Assembly: GCA_013377115.1 (NCBI GenBank)
Contig: JACAAW010000005.1
Span: 1,744-65,743, forward strand
Direction of reading: 5' to 3'
Length of the DNA: 64,000 bases
DNA from: Bacteroidota bacterium
GTDB lineage: Bacteria > Bacteroidota > Bacteroidia > Bacteroidales > CG2-30-32-10
Position numbers and translations under genes: made by a program. The first letter of the stretch is position 1, and the number at the start of each line of letters is the position of its first letter. Below are positions 61,450 to 64,000 of this stretch, one piece after another. Below the pieces are notes generated by a model, which was not told the DNA's origin, did not search any database, and saw nothing but the letters and a program-made list of their open reading frames with translations.

Positions 61450-62772
61450 TTAGTATAAAATCATTATTGACAATTCACCTGGGTTAGTATCAGTTGCTGC
61501 ATTTCCTCCAATATCTGCTGAATTTCCGGCAGAAACCGTAAGAATTTTTGTTCTTAAATCGATGGTGTGTGTTCCTGCTGCGAGCGTAAAACTTGTATTA
61601 ATTGCACAGGTTCCAAAAGAATTTGATAAGGAAGGATTTGTAACTTGAAATCTATTCCATCCTCCTAGGGGTAAAAATGTTCCATCAAGATAAATCATCA
61701 TATCTATATTTGCGTATGCCCCTGTAGTAGTTGCAGTTGATCGCGCTCCAATTGTAGCCCATACAAAGACCGTTGTAGGTCCAGTAGTGGTAAAAGTTTG
61801 AGTTAAGCCAGGCTGAACAGTAACTGTCGTACTTGTGACGGCAAGTCGGCCAGCAGTTCCAAAAACATGATATTTCTGAATTATCCCAGTTGGACCTGTT
61901 GCCCCAATTGCTCCATTGGTTCCATTACTGCCATTCGTTCCATTTGTTCCTGCAACGCCTGTTGCTCCAGTTGGTCCTGTAACACCATTTATTCCATTTG
62001 TACCATTTGTACCATTTGCTCCTGCTGCTCCTGCAGGGCCAGTTGGTCCAGTTGCGCCATTTATTCCATTAGTTCCATTTGCTCCAGCAGCACCGGTTGC
62101 TCCGGTTGGCCCAGTGGCTCCATCAATTCCATTTGCTCCTGCCACTCCAGTAGTACCATTAACCCCAGCAATTCCCTGAGGGCCTGTAGGACCATTTAAA
62201 CCAGTGGCACCAGTTGGTCCAATAGGTCCAACTCCAAAACCTGTTGGACCAACCAAACCTTGCGGTCCTGTGGGGCCTGCAGGTCCCTGTGGTCCTGTTG
62301 CTCCATTTAAACCATTCGTCCCGGGCAATCCTGCAGTGCCTTGTGGTCCAGTTGCACCATCAATACCATTCGCACCGGCGGGTCCTTGAGCGCCAGTTGC
62401 TCCATTAAGTCCATTTGATCCGTTTGTGCCAGAAATACCGGCAGGTCCAGTTGGACCGGCAGGACCGGGTGTTCCTTGTATTGGTATCCATTGAGTTCCA
62501 TCCCAATACCAAAACTGATTTAGGTCTTTATCAAAAACCAATAAGCCTTGTTGTGTGAGACCGAGGGGGGTAATTGAAGTTCTTTGAACAGTTGTTAATC
62601 TGGGAATTAGGATTCCTTTACTGGAAGAAAAAATATCAAGCATTGCAGCAGCATCAGGCGGTTGACCAGTGTTGTTAATTGCAACATTTTGATTTTGTGC
62701 TCTAAGTCCTGTAAGAAAAACAACTGAAATAAATATTCCAGTTAAAAAAGTAATTCGTAATCCTTGTTTCAT
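61450..62772 (-). CDS. secreted collagen-like triple-helix-repeat protein with globular N- and C-terminal domains
   Basis: About 440 aa from ATG 62772; the track uses TTG 62778. It has a signal peptide. A ~75-aa N-domain reads AMLDIFSSSKGILIPRLTTVQR...GLLVFDKDLNQFWYWDGTQW. The G-X-Y run covers track residues 102-298. A 144-aa Thr/Gly-rich C-domain follows. There is no T9SS tail. Confidence 0.85.
   Translation of the reverse strand: MKQGLRITFLTGIFISVVFLTGLRAQNQNVAINNTGQPPDAAAMLDIFSSSKGILIPRLTTVQRTSITPLGLTQQGLLVFDKDLNQFWYWDGTQWIPIQGTPGPAGPTGPAGISGTNGSNGLNGATGAQGPAGANGIDGATGPQGTAGLPGTNGLNGATGPQGPAGPTGPQGLVGPTGFGVGPIGPTGATGLNGPTGPQGIAGVNGTTGVAGANGIDGATGPTGATGAAGANGTNGINGATGPTGPAGAAGANGTNGTNGINGVTGPTGATGVAGTNGTNGSNGTNGAIGATGPTGIIQKYHVFGTAGRLAVTSTTVTVQPGLTQTFTTTGPTTVFVWATIGARSTATTTGAYANIDMMIYLDGTFLPLGGWNRFQVTNPSLSNSFGTCAINTSFTLAAGTHTIDLRTKILTVSAGNSADIGGNAATDTNPGELSIMILY
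61885..62475 (-). repeat. G-X-Y collagen-like coding repeat, about 65 triplets with one interruption (GFGVG)
   Basis: I counted directly from the translation GTPGPAGPTGPAGISGTNGSNGLNG...GAIGATGPTG. The X/Y positions are mostly Pro, Ala, Thr and Asn. This is a locally GC-richer stretch that spawns antisense ORFs. Confidence 0.9.
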
Positions 62773-62781
62773 ATTCAAAAT

Positions 62782-64000
62782 TTATTTATTAGTTATTAAT
62801 GTTATTGATCCGTTTTGCATAAATTCTTTTTTGTCTGCACCTTTTGCCGTGATAATATAAAAATATACTCCATCAGATGCTAAATTTCCTTTATAGTTCC
62901 CATCCCATTTGCCATCAATTCCTTCCCATTTATAAAGTAGAGAACCCCATCTGTTAAATATTTGTGCCGATAATTCTGTTATTCCTGTTGCTTGAACTGT
63001 AAAAAAATCATTATAAGAATCACCGTTTGGAGTAAAAACGTTTGGAATAATTAGAGTCGACTCTTTCATTTCTGATAAGGTCCACCATGTATAGAAATTG
63101 GGACTTAATAAAGAATTTGAGTTAACGCTTTGAGATGAAATATTTGCTAATCCATTAGGTTCCATATCCAGCCATGAACCTAAGATATCATTATACCTGA
63201 TTAATTGCAGTAAATTTTCACTCATTCCAGGATTATCGATTTGATCAACGTCATTTGCTCCATATGAAAATGTTAACTGAAAATCTGGTTTTGAGCTATA
63301 ATTGGGTTCAACTTTCCAATATCTATCAGCTAATTTTTCTGGCAATTTTCCATCTAGTGAAGGAACTGTTGGAGGTAATGGCAGATTTAAAGCATCTGTT
63401 GGATAGGTGGCAAAAACAACATTTCCAGTAGATGGGGAAGCTGAATTATTTATTGAAAGAGAAACATTTTCATCTCTTCCTCCTGCTCCTGAGCCAAAAG
63501 GAACTTGAAATGTTCCTGTATTAATTCCAATATTCCACTGAATTTCTCCTAATCCACTTGCAGGCAAACTCTCACTAAATATATAGCCGCTATTGTATGT
63601 GATTGCATTAGAACCAGAATTATCAATAATAAATCTATTATGATTTAAATCCAACACAGCACCAATGCTAAGAATGCCATAAACTTTATTATTGGTAATA
63701 TTTAATGTTTTTGAGGCGTTTGTTAATGTTAAATTCTCGAAAAATGTGGTTGAACTACCCCCGATATTTTGAGTATTTGTTCCGTTTAAAATTACAGTTC
63801 CATTTGGAATGGGCTCGATATTTAGAAATACATTTCCAGAAGTGGCATTATTTAGAAAATCACCTTCCAAAATCATTGTGCCGTCTAGTTTTATTTTTCC
63901 GTCATTAGTATTGGTTTCATTTGTGTAAGTTCCTCCATACATATAGGCTCCTGATTCGATATAGAAATTAGCACCATTATTAATGATTCCTTGTGAGAAG
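62782..64000 (-). CDS. large surface protein with a T9SS type B (CHU_C) sorting domain; N-terminus lies beyond the right window edge
   Basis: The frame stays open upstream of the track Met (63942) to position 64000 (...FSQGIINNGANFYIESGAYMYGG...). The C-terminus reads IPNVFTPNGDSYNDFFTVQATGITELSAQIFNRWGSLLY...WDGNYKGNLASDGVYFYII. Confidence 0.8.
   Translation of the reverse strand, partial: FSQGIINNGANFYIESGAYMYGGTYTNETNTNDGKIKLDGTMILEGDFLNNATSGNVFLNIEPIPNGTVILNGTNTQNIGGSSTTFFENLTLTNASKTLNITNNKVYGILSIGAVLDLNHNRFIIDNSGSNAITYNSGYIFSESLPASGLGEIQWNIGINTGTFQVPFGSGAGGRDENVSLSINNSASPSTGNVVFATYPTDALNLPLPPTVPSLDGKLPEKLADRYWKVEPNYSSKPDFQLTFSYGANDVDQIDNPGMSENLLQLIRYNDILGSWLDMEPNGLANISSQSVNSNSLLSPNFYTWWTLSEMKESTLIIPNVFTPNGDSYNDFFTVQATGITELSAQIFNRWGSLLYKWEGIDGKWDGNYKGNLASDGVYFYIITAKGADKKEFMQNGSITLITNK

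Noticed and set aside
61867-62389. Three plus-strand ORFs (110, 87 and 61 aa) rich in Pro, Val, Cys and Ser.
   Set aside because: They are antisense or alternate-frame readings of the G-X-Y collagen repeat, where repetitive GC-richer codons suppress stops. The minus-strand collagen-like frame is far longer and has a signal peptide and operon context.
1-64000. A search by eye for tRNA, rRNA, tmRNA, CRISPR, transposase, integrase or phage structural genes.
   Set aside because: I saw no T-loop/acceptor-like conserved strings, rRNA-like GC-rich structured blocks, short repeat-spacer arrays or recombinase motifs. A proper tRNAscan, Infernal and HMM scan is still needed to exclude small RNAs.

Overview
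AT-rich chromosomal segment with clear Bacteroidota character: many T9SS C-terminal sorting domains, a PorP/SprF gene, TAnnTTTG-type -7 promoter boxes, and an rplM-rpsI-rpsB-tsf block. I support about 52 protein genes. Housekeeping blocks are rnhA, frr, pyrH, tsf, rpsB, rpsI, rplM; ileS-traR/dksA-lspA; ubiX; pgk; ybdL/yafV-like pair; queD; aspS. These are interleaved with at least ten predicted T9SS cargo genes, eight with type A tails and two with type B tails, most of them very large surface proteins. I found no rRNA, tRNA, CRISPR array, transposase or integrase. Items most worth a second look: (1) a ~6.4 kb four-gene cassette (40081-46161) bracketed by intact queD and a decayed direct copy of the queD 3' end. 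It encodes a beta-helix T9SS protein, a sensorless HisKA_2 kinase, a signal-peptide/TPR/TM/LuxR-HTH regulator without a receiver domain, and a 66-aa secreted peptide. (2) A tight minus-strand operon at the right edge: a type B T9SS protein, then a collagen-like (about 65 G-X-Y triplets) secreted protein with globular ends, then a small secreted protein. (3) Two paralogous 29-30 aa hydrophobic micro-ORFs in a 1.4 kb gene-poor region. (4) A GH18 enzyme and a peptidoglycan amidase that share the same CUB + lectin-like module set. (5) A ~95-aa module placed directly before the T9SS tail in three otherwise unrelated giant proteins. All functional calls rest on motif recognition by eye. No database search was run.
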